DNA from: the human T2T-CHM13v2.0 reference genome, Homo sapiens
Length of the DNA stretch: 64,000 nt
Reading direction: 5' to 3' (one strand)
Assembly: GCF_009914755.1 (NCBI RefSeq)
Contig: NC_060933.1
The translations under genes and the position numbers were made by a program. The notes under the pieces are model-generated. The model was not told where the DNA came from and ran no database searches. It saw nothing but the letters and a program-made list of their open reading frames with translations. The stretch's first letter is position 1. Every line of letters starts with the position of its first letter. Shown piece by piece: positions 27,315-41,140 of the stretch.

Positions 27315-28050
27315 TTCAACAAATATTTATTATTCATTTGCTCTATGCCAGAAATGTGTCTTCATGCCAGGTTAAGAAAAAGAGAAAACAGAAAAAAAAA
27401 AATAGCTGTCCCTGACAAGAAGAGCTTACGTTCTTTCTTTTTGGGCGAGAAAGGCAGTGAAAAATTAAAAAAAGAAACGCAGTATTAACATGCAGATAAG
27501 TTCTAGGGTGAAATTTGAATGCAGATCCAGAGTGACTGTCTGCCTCTCAAAAGAATTCTGCTGAGATGTCTAGAAGTAAGTAGAGTAGCAAGCAAATATC
27601 TACAGCGCATGTCTCTTTCAAAGACAGAAAAACAAAGTGGTTTTTAAGGTGGGTGAATCTTGGCATTTCCAAGAAATATCAGGAGGCTCTTAAGGATAGA
27701 ATGACCAAAACAATGAGGGCTGTGATAAAATAAATTGGGGGAGGTATGGAGAAGGATCCCATATTGTTTCTTTCACAAACAATGACAAGGTTTTGGGTTT
27801 TACTTTGAGAAGGGGAACAATTAGAAAGCTATGAGCAAGACTGTGAAATTATTTGATTTATGTTTTATAATCATTCTGACTCCTGGCTGAAAAACAGCCT
27901 CTAGGAATGAAAGTGAGAGAAATAGGGTCATCATTTATGAAGCTATTCCAATGATCCAGTGCTTTGGCAGTTGCCTGGACATGGCTAGTAAGAGGTAAAA
28001 GTAATCTGATACATCTTAAAGGCAGGTGTTCATGGATTTGATATGGCAAA
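27315..28050 (-). mobile_element. L2 fragment
   Basis: ATTCAACAAATATTTATTATTCATTTGCTCTATGCCAG...TTTATGTTTTATAATCATTCTGACTCCTGG. Confidence 0.65.
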
Positions 28051-30127
28051 TGAAAGAAAGAAACCACTATGTGTTATATTCCTTGAGCCAAAATTGAGGT
28101 GTAAAATAAACATGCTCACATAAATGGTTGATTATGTTCTTAAATGAAGGAGAAAATAGTTGCAGTGATGTTAAGTCATCAACCATTTAAAGTGTTGCTT
28201 TTGAAAGAGATGAATCAAGGAAGGGATGGACATGAATTTTCCTTACCTAAAAAGCTAGTGAAAATTAAGATTGACATGAACAGGATTAAAACTTTATTTT
28301 ATAGTGGTACTGAGATGAAACATCACACTATCTGACTTCATAGCTTAAAAATATAATCACCCCACCAACTTCTCACTCTTTTCAAGGATTTTGTGAGTAA
28401 CCAGCTTTAATTTGGAAAACCTAGACTTCTACATACAGATTGTTATGTTTGTGAGTATGATTATTTCTATCATTTTGTTTTACATTGTGCTTTATCATTC
28501 AATAATTAATATCTATCATTTTCCATTAACTAATTTATTTTATGACCATTTATTATTATTATTACCCTATGGTAGTCAATAATTACTGATACATATTCCA
28601 TTGTTTTTTGGGATTTGATATAGAATCAGAGAAGTTTGTTGCCAACTCCTTTTTAGTTGAATATATATTGTTTTTGTCTTATATTTAGTTTTTGTAAAAC
28701 TTCAGATTTTCCATCTTGCCCCACTATTTATTGCTAAAAATCATATCCAAATATGACAAGGTTTAGGAACACACACAGTTAATGAACACATGTTAAAGTA
28801 TAATAACACAGAATACATTTTTGAAAGTAAGTTTATTAAAATTAGCAATATATTTCTAGTTATATGCATAAGGATATACCAACATGGATTTTGCCTGCCC
28901 AATATTAATTTTCTCTTAATTTCTTACTTACAGAACTTCAATTTGGTCTTGAGTCTAAGTCCCAAATTATGTTTGCTGTCATGTACTCATGACAGCTCTT
29001 TTTCTTGATTTTTCTAGCCTTTATCCATTTGGAAATGTGAACCACCTTTTATAGGTGAGATACAGTATAGCTGAACACTTCTCTAAAGGTTTCTGTAAAA
29101 AAGCATAAATGTACAAGCCTATCATCCCGATTCTATTTAGTTTGCCTTGAATATGAATGTGATAAGTGAAGTAAGATCTCACATCTTGCAACATGAAGTG
29201 GGAGAAGGGTCAACATAGAAGAAATGTCAGAAGAAATGAACCAATAGAAAATTCCTCATTTGCTAAATTTTGTTAAAAGAAAAAAATAGATTTTAATATT
29301 AATCTGATCTACACAGGCAAATGTTAACTGCAATGAAAATGTCTTTTAGATAATTCAGAACACTTTCCATCCTTGGTAAAAGTATTCATTTTACTGACTC
29401 ACTATTATATATTTTGTTAAGTTAGAAACTCATATTCAATCAAAGGAAATAAAAGTTCCCCCTAATTTCTAGGAATATAAAAAAATAGGTACACATAGCT
29501 TAGATAATATTTTCTATATTTGTTCAAGTAAATCAGTTTAGTAATTGTTTGAAATACTTCCAATTGATATGAGTCCAATTTTAGAAGGAATTTTAGTTGG
29601 AAGTGTTATTCTCTTTATGAAGATGTAAATGGCTCTGTTTACTGGCCAATATTTACATACACATACAGTCAATGAATGTTAATTTGCACACAGTGGCATA
29701 TATAATTCAAAGTTCATTTTATTAGTTAATTTAGATATGGTTCAATGAGAGTTTCAAACTGAGGGCATAGAGTCATATAACATACTCTAGAAGAACAACT
29801 CACAAAAACTAAAATAAATTGCTTTACCATGTTTGCCTTTGTATTTCACTTTTTCTGTTCTGAAGAATAAGCATGGTAAAATTTACATATATCTAATGCA
29901 TATAATGGGCAATGTATGAATTATTTTACAAATTACTCATAACCAGAAGAGTTCTGTTGGATTTTACCATATGGCCAGATTCATCTTGCCTTTCAAACTT
30001 ATGTAAGTAATTTTTCCAAATCTCTTTTTTTCCCATAACATACATGCTGCTGAGTCCACTCCTCCAAACTAAGTAAACATAGGAATGCTCATGGCCAAAT
30101 CATAAGTATAGAAAGTGACTTTGGAAC

Positions 30128-30552
30128 TGATGAAGACTTTCTTCTTGTCTACGCTTTAGTCAGGCTTCTAGGAACACTCTTTTTGACTCTACTTTGTCCT
30201 TGGGCCCTGTCTTTACACTGCCTAGTCCAGCTGTTGCAAGAATGCTGCTAAGTCAGTTTAGAGAGAATCTCCCACTCTTGATATCTGATCACTCTGGCTT
30301 GCCTTCAGCAAGAATCCTCTTACGTTAGCTAATAAGAAATCCCCTACCCTTGATGTCTCCTCTTAGTAATTTGTATTCATTGACAACCTTTCACTCTGCT
30401 CATTAGCTGCACTTCCCAGATATCTTTGCTGTGTTCAGAGTTGAACCTTATCTCTCTTGCCTATTAGAATCATCTTGACACCTATCATTTTAATCTTAAA
30501 TGAAGTGATCCTTAACCATTTTAACAAGTGTTGGAAATTTTTTTATTTAGCA
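30128..30552 (+). mobile_element. ERV1 solo LTR (MER31/MER67-like)
   Basis: TG...CA termini with a perfect 4-bp TSD GAAC. Internal CTTTAGTCAGGCT, TGCTAAGTCAGTTTAG and GATATCTGATCAC. Confidence 0.85.
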
Positions 30553-30695
30553 GAACTAACAAATTGTTTGCGAACTATTGAAATAGAACTATTCTATTAT
30601 GGCCTGCAGATATTTTTCTCAATTATAATTCACTTTCATACTGTAAAAGTATCTTTGCTTTGTGTATATCTTTTTCATATAAAAACTTTTAATTT

Positions 30696-30995
30696 GGCAG
30701 GGAATAGTGGCTCATGCCTGTAATCCCAGAACTTTGGGAGGCCCAGACGAGTGGATCATGTAGGTCAGGAATTGAGACCAGCCTGGCCAACATGGCAAAA
30801 CCCCATCTCTACTAAAAGTACAAAAATTATCCGGGCATGGTTGTGGGCACCTGTATTCTCAGGTACTTGGGAGACTGAGGCAGCAGAATCGCTTGAACCC
30901 AGGAAGCAGAGGTTGCAGTGAGCCAAGATCAGGCTGCTGCACTCTAGCCTGAGTGATAGAGTGAGTGAGACTCTGTCTCAAAAAACAAAAAACAA
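30696..30995 (+). mobile_element. Alu (AluS-type)
   Basis: Full dimer. Degenerate TSD AAAAACTTTTAATTT / AAAAACCTTTCGATTT. Confidence 0.93.
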
Positions 30996-33900
30996 AAAAA
31001 CCTTTCGATTTATTTTCCAGAGGTCTATTTTTAATTTAGTAACAAGATTTTAAAAAATATTTATAAAATTAAATAACAATAGAATGTTAGAACTAGGCCC
31101 TATAAAATATAAAATTGTCAAAATTGGTTAGCATGATTGTAGCTTGAAGGATCCTATTGTTAATGTGGCAACTTCTGAAACCAAACATCATCATGCTTAG
31201 CATCAAGAGCTAAAGTAGTCATGAGTTAATGGAGAAGAACAACTAAGGAATTGGCTGCCGAAGTAAAGTTTATGCTAAATTTAAATGAAATGAAATAACA
31301 AAGTAGTTTGAAATGAACATTCCATTGATTATTTTTAAAATTTTATTTATTAACAAAGTAGCTTATACTAACTGCCCACTGTCTATCCCAATAGTTACAG
31401 CAATAACATATAGTTAACATTTGTAATTAAATATTTCATTTCATACAAATAGTATTTTAAAATTCAAGTGTTGATTTTTAAGCCTTTGAATGTTTGGCTG
31501 TTTAAAATTTAAGTGCATATAAAAATTGTAGAAAAGGGTCATTATTAATAAAATATTCAAAATATGGTAAATTTTGCATGATGATTTAATATATGCAAAT
31601 TGACAAGTGATGTGAATAGTACATTTGAATAGAGAAAATATGTACATAAATGAATGGTATTTCAGAATCTAAGCAAATTGATGACTACATTATGTACTTG
31701 TCCCCAATGTAAATGAAATATTAATTAGAAAACTTTTTTTTTTCACTAAAGGGCTGAACATAAAGTGTGATGGCAAATTGGTGTGTTCTTGTATTTCTTG
31801 TCTTTGGGGATTCTTTTCAGTATATTTTCACTTAATGTTTTAGCAACATTTTTCGTCATCCTTTTACACTTATAGCTGGACTATGCTTAGTGATAGAAAA
31901 TAGTTATATAATGGGATTATACTTGGCCATATGAATTTGATGGTATGAGTTAATCTGTGTTTCATCTTACTTGTGTCTACTTGTAAATCATTGATGCTAA
32001 TGTTATTAGTAATTTTTAGAGGGTAGAAATGTTTTCTATATGACATTTTTGAGAAAAGGAAGTCAATAAATCCCATTTGATATGCAACAGAAATAAAGGT
32101 CTCTTATTTCAATTTTAAAATGCTTTATAACTTACATTGCTTTGTTTCATGCATTATTTGTTTTGATCAGATGCAAAATGAGTCAGTAATGTCATCTAAC
32201 CACAAGTTTGATACATTTTTTAAAGAAAAATTTCCAAAATACTTTAACTGAGCAATAGGCTAATACTTCATAAATTAAAATATTTAAATATTCAATCTTT
32301 CTGAGTGGATATTTGTTGCATATCTGATAACTTGGCCTAATTCTGTAATTGGGATGAGAACTACCCAATTTTATTGGTAACCTCTTTTCTGCTCTGCAAC
32401 TTTGGAAATACTATGGAGGACTCCAAATTCATTTGAGACAAAAATATTAAAAATGTATCCCCTGATTAGGATTTCAGTTCCAAAGCTCTCCTTGGAGGGA
32501 TATAGAGCTGGAGAAAATCACATTTATTTTTCGTCTCTTTAATATTGATATATAAAAGTCAGGTTAAAATTAGTATCAAATTGGGAAGCCTGCATGGTAA
32601 ACCGGCTGGAATAATACACTCTGCAATATGAAGGAAAAAGGAAAAATTTAGTTGATTTATTTACCTAACTATAATTTTTTAAAGAATTTTAAGTTTCTAA
32701 TAAATTTAACTATAAATTTTTAATTTTCTATCTTTCATTTAGTACCATCTATATAAACTTTTCCAGGCTACTTCTCTGAATCACCTGGCAAAATCTTATA
32801 ATTTACCACCTAATTGAATAAAACACACACACAAAATAATCTATTTTGAATAATAAACATCATTTATAATTATCTTGTTGAGATTGAGAGTAATCATCAG
32901 GTGTGGAAAAACTATTGAGGAAATTTTAACAATTTAAAATGTAATAATCTTTTTTGTATTATGTGTGTTTTATACTCAGAAGTGCATATGTTTTATAAAA
33001 TTATGTGAATTTATAAATGTGGTCAATATTAATATTAAATTGTATCTTTTAATAGTATCTTCAATTATCTTTTTTTTTTGCTGCTGGATTCCATTTAGAA
33101 AAAAAAAAAATGTTCTATATAGCAGTGTTGCTTTCTTTTTCTTTTCTTTTTGCTTTTCTTTCTTTTTTCTATTGATAAAGTATTTACTTGATCTTGGGGA
33201 AGAGGTATATAATCAAGTGACCACATTTTTCTTTGTTACATATTATTAAAAATTTATAATCAATCTTTCCAAATTGTAATCGGTCTGAAACCCATTTGCT
33301 TTACTCAAATTATTTAGTGACTGTAAAAGTTTCAGAAACATATGAAAGTTACAAATTAGCTTTAAATGTGTCATGTTTAAAGCAGTTGTTTTAAAAGCTA
33401 AGTCATTATCCATTATTATGTAACTAGTATTCTAAATATCACATCTTTGCATTGTTTGACTTTTAAGGCATATGAAATGTTTTGGATAAGAGAAATCATT
33501 TGCTTCACATCCCTAAGAGACAGACTCTATGGGTACTGAGTCATGCTAACAGTGGCAAAACCTGACAAACAATAAGCATCATTTTCAAATATTTTAAACA
33601 TTTCACATAAAAATTTACTTTTAGCATACATTGCAGCCATCGAGGAAGCCTAAAGTAAGGAAAACCTCAGTGAAATATGATGAAGTTAATAAAAAGAAAT
33701 AGCCATCATTTTATTTGTTTAAATTGCCATTATCTCTCATATAATTATGTACAATATATAACATAGGATAATTAAGTCAAACTGTGTACCTACAGATATG
33801 GAGAGCCTTATATTTTAGGAAAAAGTAAAATGTAAATTAACTGGTAAAGATGAGCTTTTCAATCTATAAGGCATAGACACTTTTCCTTGGTGGATTTGAA

Positions 33901-34983
33901 AAGGTTCTTAGAAATCTGAAAATAAGATAGTTTTTCTATAATAAATGGTAAAAAACACTTTCACATCTTAACCTTATCATAGTATCACAATGCTGGAATG
34001 TTTTTACCGGGAAATAAGTAAGCTAATTCAATTATAAATTGCAGTAGAGGAAAGGATGAAGGTTAAAAAACACTATCTATTCAAATCCTTAGTCATGAGG
34101 TTGAATTCATTGAATCAGAGTGTGAATATATATCTATATTTGAGACAGAATGTGTATGTATGTGTGTGAGTGTGAGTGTGTGTGTACAGTCATTAGACAT
34201 TTGCCTCATGGACAGTGGAGGAAAACATTTGCTGAGCTGCTTTCCTACCTTAAAGATTTACAACTGCACTGTTTTCAAGATATACTTTTTATATCTCAAA
34301 TAATTTAATATATTATGTTTAGTTGTTGATATAACAAGATATCTGAATACCCCATAATTGAAATTATACCTGGAAATAAATACTTGAAATACTTGCTTCA
34401 GTGACATTTGTGGAAGTATACTTATTTAAGTTCAAATTATAGGTATATTGAACAAAATGATATTGGATTCTTCACTGGCTGCATACTTCTGAAACTTGTA
34501 AATAATTTGAAATTAGTTTCCAAGAACAGAAAGACAAATATTAGATAGGAAATACCAAATTCTTAAGATTCATACATATAAAAGTGAAATAAAAATCAAA
34601 CTTAATCTTATCATGAATTTTCTACTGTGGCTTAATTTTAGAACTTGTTATAAAAATAGAAATGCTATTAATTTAATTACATTTATTAAAATCTAAAAAT
34701 AGGTGATTATAGCTAGGACATTGACAAGTGTAACTATACATGAGTAAATATAACTGAGGATAGCAACACATGAAATATATCAGAAAATTGAATTATTCTA
34801 TAAATAGTATTAAGTCTGTATTACTTGGAACTTGATTCCACTTAGAATGTCCCTGCTTTTATTTATTTATTTATTTTTGTAAACAAAATGAGCAAGAGGT
34901 TATTACACTTCATTCACTGCGAAAAGGTAACACTACATCAAAGATAACTCACATACTTGCAGAAATATGGAAGGTAGTTCTTT

Positions 34984-35281
34984 CTTTTTTTTTGTTAAGA
35001 AATAGGGTCTCACTATGTTGCCCAGGTTGTAGTGCAGTGACTATTCAAAGGGGTCATCCCACTACTGATAAGCAGAGGAGTTTTATTCTGCTCAATTTTT
35101 GAGTTGACCACTCCTTAGGCAACCTGGTGGTCCTCTGCTCCCTGGAAGCTAACATATTGATGCCAAACTTAGTGCAGACACTTCCTCAGCATAGTGCATA
35201 CAACCCAGAAATCCTGGGCTCAAGTGTTCCTCCCGCCTCAGCATCCTGAGTAGCTGGGACAACAGGTGTGTGTCACCTGGC
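34984..35281 (-). pseudogene. 7SL (SRP RNA, RN7SL) retropseudogene
   Basis: Alu-like ends enclose the S domain absent from Alu (CCCACTACTGATAAGC, ACTCCTTAGGCAACCTGGTGGTCC, CATATTGATGCCAAACTTAGTGC). T tail present. Degenerate TSD TG(G/A)AAGGTA. Confidence 0.92.
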
Positions 35282-35504
35282 TGAAAGGTATTTTTAAATA
35301 CAAATGTTGTCCAGGAGTGACAGAAGCTGGAGAATTGGACTACTTGATGGAGGCTTTGTACAAGCTTTGAACAATAATAACAACAAAATTGAAATGCCAA
35401 AAATATTGTTTAGCAGTTAACCACCAATAAAAGGAAGCCAGCCATTTCACACAGAGGATTTTGTTAATTGATTGCATGATTCAAGGAAATAATATTATTA
35501 GGTG

Positions 35505-37911
35505 TGTATTAGTCCATTATTGCATTGCTATAAAGAAATACCTGAGATTGGGTAATTTATAAAGAAAAGAGGTTTAACTGACTCACAGTTCTGCATGCTG
35601 TACAGAAAGAATGTTGCATCTGCTGGGCATGTGGGGAGGCCTCATGAAATGTATAACCATGGTGGGAAAATGAAGAGGGAGCCGGTGCTTCATATAGCTG
35701 CGAGCAGGAAGAAAAGTGAGAGGTGAGGAGGTGCTACACCCTTTTAACAACCAGATTTCATAATAACTCACTCACTCACTATCATAAGAATAGCACCAAG
35801 GAAATGGTATTAAACCATTAAAAAGAAACCACTCCACAATCCAATAACCTCCCATCAGGCCCCACCTCCAACACTGGGTATTTCAATTTGACATGAGATT
35901 TGGTTGGGGACATAGATCCAAACCATATTATTTTGCCCTAGTCCCTCCCAAATTTTGTCTTTCTCAGTTTGCAAAATATAATCATGCCTTCCCATCAGTC
36001 CCTCAAAGTCTTAACTCACTTCAGCATTAACTCAAACATCCAAAGTCTAAAGTCTTATCTGAGATGAGGCAAGCCCCTTCTGCCTAAGACCCTGTAAAAT
36101 TAAAAAAAAAAAAAAACTCCCAAGATATAATGTATAATGGGGGTACAGGGATTGGGTAAATACTCCCATTTCAAAAGGGAGAAATTGGCCAAAAGTAAGG
36201 GGCTACGGGCCCCATGCAAGTCTGAAACCCAGTAGGAAAGTTATTAAGTCTTAAAGCTTAACAATCTCCTTTGACGCCATCCAGGGCATACCACTGCAAG
36301 GGGTGAGCTCCCAAAGCCTTGTGCTGCTCCACTCCTGTGACTTTGCAGGGTTCAGCTCCTACAGCTGCTCTCAAGGGCTGGTGTTGAGTGCTTGCACCAT
36401 TTCCAGGCACACGGTACAAGTGCTGGTGGATCTACCATTCTGGGGTCTGGAAGATAGTGTCCCTCTTCTCATAGTTCCCCTAGATAGTGGTCCAGTAGGG
36501 ACACTGTGTGGTGGCTCCAACCCCACCTTTCCCCTCTTCAGTGCCCTCGTAGAGATTCTCCATCAGGGCTCTGACCCTGCAGCAGATTTCTGACTGTACA
36601 TCTAGGTTTGTTCATACATTCTCTGAAATCTAGCCTCAACTCTTGTACTCTGTGCACCCTCAGGCTTAATGCCACATGGAAGCCATCAAGACTTATGGCT
36701 TGAACCCTCTGGAGCAGCATCCTGAGCTGTACCTGGGCCACTTGGAGCCATGGCTAGAGCTGCAACAGATGAGATGCATGTAGTAGTGTCCCATTCTTCC
36801 TTCGTTGTCCTCTGAGCCTGTGATGGGAGGAGCTGCCACAAAGGTCTCTGAAATGCCCTGGAGGGTATCCCTCATTTTCTTGGCTATCAGCATGTGCCTT
36901 CCTTTTAGTTAAGCAAGTTTCTGCAGCTTGCTTGAATTTCTCTCCTGAAAATGGGCTTTTTGTTCTACCACATGGCCAGGCTGCAAATTTTTCAAGTTTC
37001 TACACTCTGCTTCCCTTCTAAATATAAGTTTCAGTTTGAGGTCATTTCTTTGCTCACACACATCACAATAGTTTGTCAGAAGTAGTGAGCTTACCTCCTG
37101 AATGCTTTGCTGCTTAGAAATTTTTTCCACCAGATACCCACCAGAACTTGAGATACTCTCAAGTTCAAAATTCCACAGATCCCTAGGGCAGGCCCACAGT
37201 GCAGCCAACCTTTTTGCTAATGCCTAACTAAAGTGACCTTTGCTCCAGTTCCCATTAAGTTCCTTATCTCCATCTGAGACCTCCTCAGCCTGGACTTCAT
37301 TGTGAGTCTCTATCAGTAGCTTGGTCACAACAATGTAACAAGACTCTAGTAAGTTCAAAACTTGCCCTCATCTTCCTGTCTTCTTCTGATCTCTCCAAAC
37401 CCTTCCAATCTCTGCCCACTATCCAGTTTCAAAGCCACTTTCACATTTTCCGGTATGTTTACAACAATATCATATTCCTCTACCAATTTTCTATATTAGT
37501 CCTTTCTTACATTGCTCTAAAGAAATACCTGAGACTGGGTAATTTATAAAGAAAAGCAGTTTAATTGGCTCATGGTTCTGCACGTTATACAGAAAGCATG
37601 ATGCATCTGCTGGGCTTCTGCGGGGGCCTCAGTAAGCTAACAATCATGGCAGAAGGTGAAGGGGGAGCCAGCACTTCACATGGCTGGAAGCAGGAAGAAG
37701 AGTGAGAGGTGGGGAGGTGCTATACACTTTTAACAACCAGACTCACAATAACTCACTCACTGTCACAAGAACAGCACCAAGGAGATGGTGCTAAACCATT
37801 TAAGAGAAACCGCCCGATGATCCAATTGCCTCCCAACAGGCCCCACCTCCAACAGTGGGACTTACAGTTTGACATGAGATTTGGGTGGGGACACAGATCC
37901 AAATGATATCA
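35505..37911 (-). mobile_element. Full-length MST (MSTA-like) MaLR element: LTR 35505-35930, internal, LTR 37492-37911
   Basis: Two homologous LTRs flank a MaLR internal region. TSD AGGTG/ATGTG. Confidence 0.92.
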
Positions 37912-40009
37912 ATGTGTTAAAAGGAAAAGGAGATAGCAGTGGGAAATGGATATTTAACTTCAGTTTATGAGTTTTTATTTTAGAGTTCTAAAATTATGTC
38001 TTATACTGCCTATACAAGTGCTAGAATAGTTTCTGTATTAAGTGGTAGATATTAATATCCAAATATCATACTTACCTTCTTTGACCTTGCAGTTTAAGAC
38101 GGCATTTTAAGAAAGTAAACAAACACATTGATTTTTTTTAAAGGAGACATTTTTCAGTAAAGGATATAAGTATGTTAACATGAGAGATATAGAAAAATTA
38201 CAGATGGACAGACAATCCTACATAGAAACCTAAGGAAGCATTTAACTCAGACACAGAGATTGAGAAGAGTAAAGTGGGTGAAATCTGGGAAAGAATGCTT
38301 CCAGTAGAAGAAACAGAATATTGAAGGAACAGAGATTGATGTCAAGAGTTCAGGGAAACAAACCAGAATAAGAATGTTTAGACAAAAGGCTGATGGTAGA
38401 AGGATATTGAGACTGAAAGTTATAGAGAGCACAGGCTTACTCGAAAATTAGTAGACAAAAGAACATCTGTAAGTTCAATCATGAAGGAGTGCCAGAATTA
38501 AAGAGAAAATAAGGAAATAATAAAGGGAATCTTTTGATGTGAGGAACCAATTGGGCTACCAACTCAGCCTGCCAGCCTGCCATTCCAGTGACAGTAGGAA
38601 ATAAATGTTCTGTAAGTTATTTGGAAATTAGAGGACAAAGTAATTGTTTGTTCTATAGGTAGAGAAACATTTTTGTAAATGATAATACAGCTGTTCTACC
38701 GATTTCTCTTAATTTTCAAAATTTTTGAAGGGGTACACTATATTTTCATGATTTGTTCATTCTGATTTCCAACTCATATTTGTTCATCATTTTCTCTTTA
38801 CTTTTTAAAAAGTTGAAAGACATTCATATCACAAAATTTTCACAGGATAATTTTTCTAGTTGCAACTGTAGATTTATGTGGATATATACAAATCTCTCTA
38901 GTGACACATCTAAAGATTAATGTTATGTTCTGTTCCATAGGGAGCAAATATACCACATGAAACATCGCAACTATGAATCCAACTAGACTGTATGGGAAAC
39001 ATATATTGAAAAATAAATTAAAATTATAAGTTCTATGAGAAAACACAAACATTTGAGTAAAAAAATGAGAAAGGTTTAGTGGTGACTTCTTCCCATGTTA
39101 GAAAAAAGGATTCATAATGAACAACTTTTTTTTCATGTATTTCCTACAATTGAGTAAAATAATAGGACTAGGTAAGTTTACTGGTTTGCATTTTTTCATC
39201 TGGGTCTGGTTTTCCATTTCAATTGTTAGCCATTGTATTAACTACTTTCACCATTCAAAGGAATGAATGATCTGCCATAGTATTTTCTGCAGTTCCATCT
39301 CTTGTTTTCAGTATCATTCCAATTCTGCATCTATCTAATTTTGATCTCTGTTCTATTTATTTTCCTGATTCATAACATTTTGCTTTGTGCTGAGCTCCTA
39401 ATTGTCTCTCTGTCATTCTCAACATTTTAGCCCTATGGTCTAAAAGATGCCCAAAAGAATGTAGCATATTCTAGTATATCAGTGGGACAACATAAACAAC
39501 TTGCTTAATTGTTAATCTATTTAAAAATGAAACAGTGTTTTTCATTTTTTCAATCAATTTAATGCTGACTAGATCCTATAACTACATTCTACTTTTTATA
39601 ACTAAAGAACTCCAGAAAAATAAATGTAATAGCTTTGCTGGAAAAGATTAACCTTACAATGCCTTCCTAATGCCCTTACTTTTTTTTTTTTTTGAAAAGT
39701 GTTTTCTGGTACACAAAAATAATATTCTGAAATATCTCTCTGATATTTGATTGCCGGATTTAACCTACATACCTCTGAACTTTGGTTTTTCAGACATGCA
39801 AACTGCTTAACAAGTTCCAATGCATTAATCAATGCACCATTGCATAACTTACAGTAAGAAAAGTTGGTAGATATTTCAGCAATGCCATAAAATATGCTTC
39901 CATTTAACACTTTGAGACAACCAATACACTATTTATATTATTGAGACAAAACAAACCTAAGATCACAGAAAAATATTTATTTTAATAGAATGGTATTTAA
40001 GTAGATAGT

Positions 40010-40308
40010 TTTTTTGTTGTGTTTTTGTTTGTTTGTTTGTTTGTTTGTTTTTGAGATGGAGTCTCCCTCTGTCGCCCAGGTTGGAGTTCAGTGGCCCAGT
40101 CTTGGCTCACTGTAACCTCCCCTTCCCAAGTTCAAGCAGTTCTCCCTGCCTCAGCCTCCTGAGTAGCTGAAATTACAGGCATGCACCACCACGCCTGTTT
40201 AATTTTTGTGTTTTTAGTAAAGATGGGATGTCACTATGTTGGCCAGGCTCGTCTTGAAATCCTGACTCCTGACCTCAGGTGATCTGCCCACCTTGGCCTC
40301 CCAAAGTG
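40010..40308 (-). mobile_element. Alu (AluS), slightly 5'-truncated, (TTTG)n tail
   Basis: Perfect TSD TAAGTAGATAGT at 39998-40009 and 40309-40320. Confidence 0.95.
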
Positions 40309-40579
40309 TAAGTAGATAGTCTAAATGATTATGGGTTTCAATAGGTTTTGTTAATTTGTTTTAGTTGACATACAAGAGCACTACAAAACCACATTATTTT
40401 ATTTTAATTTTTATCAGTAAACTTCATTATATTAAAGGCCATATTGCCCACTGAATATGATTTTGATAAGCACAACTTCTATAATTTACAACTTACTGTA
40501 TATGGTCTAATATAAATTACATTTAGCTATCTTGAATAAAAGATATGAATCCCCAAAAACTTAATATATAAAATAATTT

Positions 40580-40677
40580 CTACAATCAATTAAGCCACAT
40601 GGGGCCTGGTGTGCAAGGGCTGCAAACAGCATCATCCTAGGTAGTGTACAGCAGCCTGTTCCTTGCGTACAACAGCC
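40580..40677 (+). pseudogene. SNORA70: SNORA70 (U70) H/ACA snoRNA retrocopy with internal deletions
   Basis: CAATTAAGCC...CATGGGG...GTGTGC...GGCTGCAAACAGCA...TCCTAGGTAGTGTACAGCAGCCTGTT matches recalled SNORA70. H box ACAGCA at 40626-40631, ACA box at 40672-40674. Confidence 0.82.
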
Positions 40678-40726
40678 TTTGCCATTGGACATTTATGTCT
40701 TGGATCTAGTGCTTTCCCTAGTCTAG

Positions 40727-41091
40727 GTTTAAGACCGGATGTAGTATGCCTTTGGAAAGCCTCAGGACCCAGAGGTCAGAGTTCACATTGGCCACGTTCA
40801 TCCATACCAAGCTGCAAACCCTGGAGCATGTGACTGAGGCCTTATTTAGGGCCAAATTCAAGTTCAGTGAATGCCCAAAAAGCCACATCTCAAAGAAGTG
40901 CGATTTTACTAAGTTTAATGCATATACATTTTAAGACTTGGTGGCTGAGAAACAACTCATCCTGGATGGCTGTGGGGCCAAATATAGCCCTGGAATCATG
41001 GGCCCCTGGACAAGCAGCTAGCCCTGCATTAGAAAAGAGCTGCCCCCTCTTTACGCATGCCCACCAGTGAATTCTATTTCCTGTACATCTA
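40727..41091 (+). pseudogene. RPL10: RPL10 processed pseudogene fragment (last two exons spliced, plus 3' UTR)
   Basis: AFGKPQ..RVHIG / [32 protein letters not shown] / DLVAEKQLILDGCG match the RPL10 C-terminus, with frameshifts and stops. Confidence 0.93.
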
Positions 41092-41095
41092 ATAA

Positions 41096-41096
<1 letters not shown>

Positions 41097-41140
<44 letters not shown>
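41097..41140. repeat. (TCTA)11 microsatellite at the retrocopy tail position
   Basis: Direct count. Confidence 0.95.
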
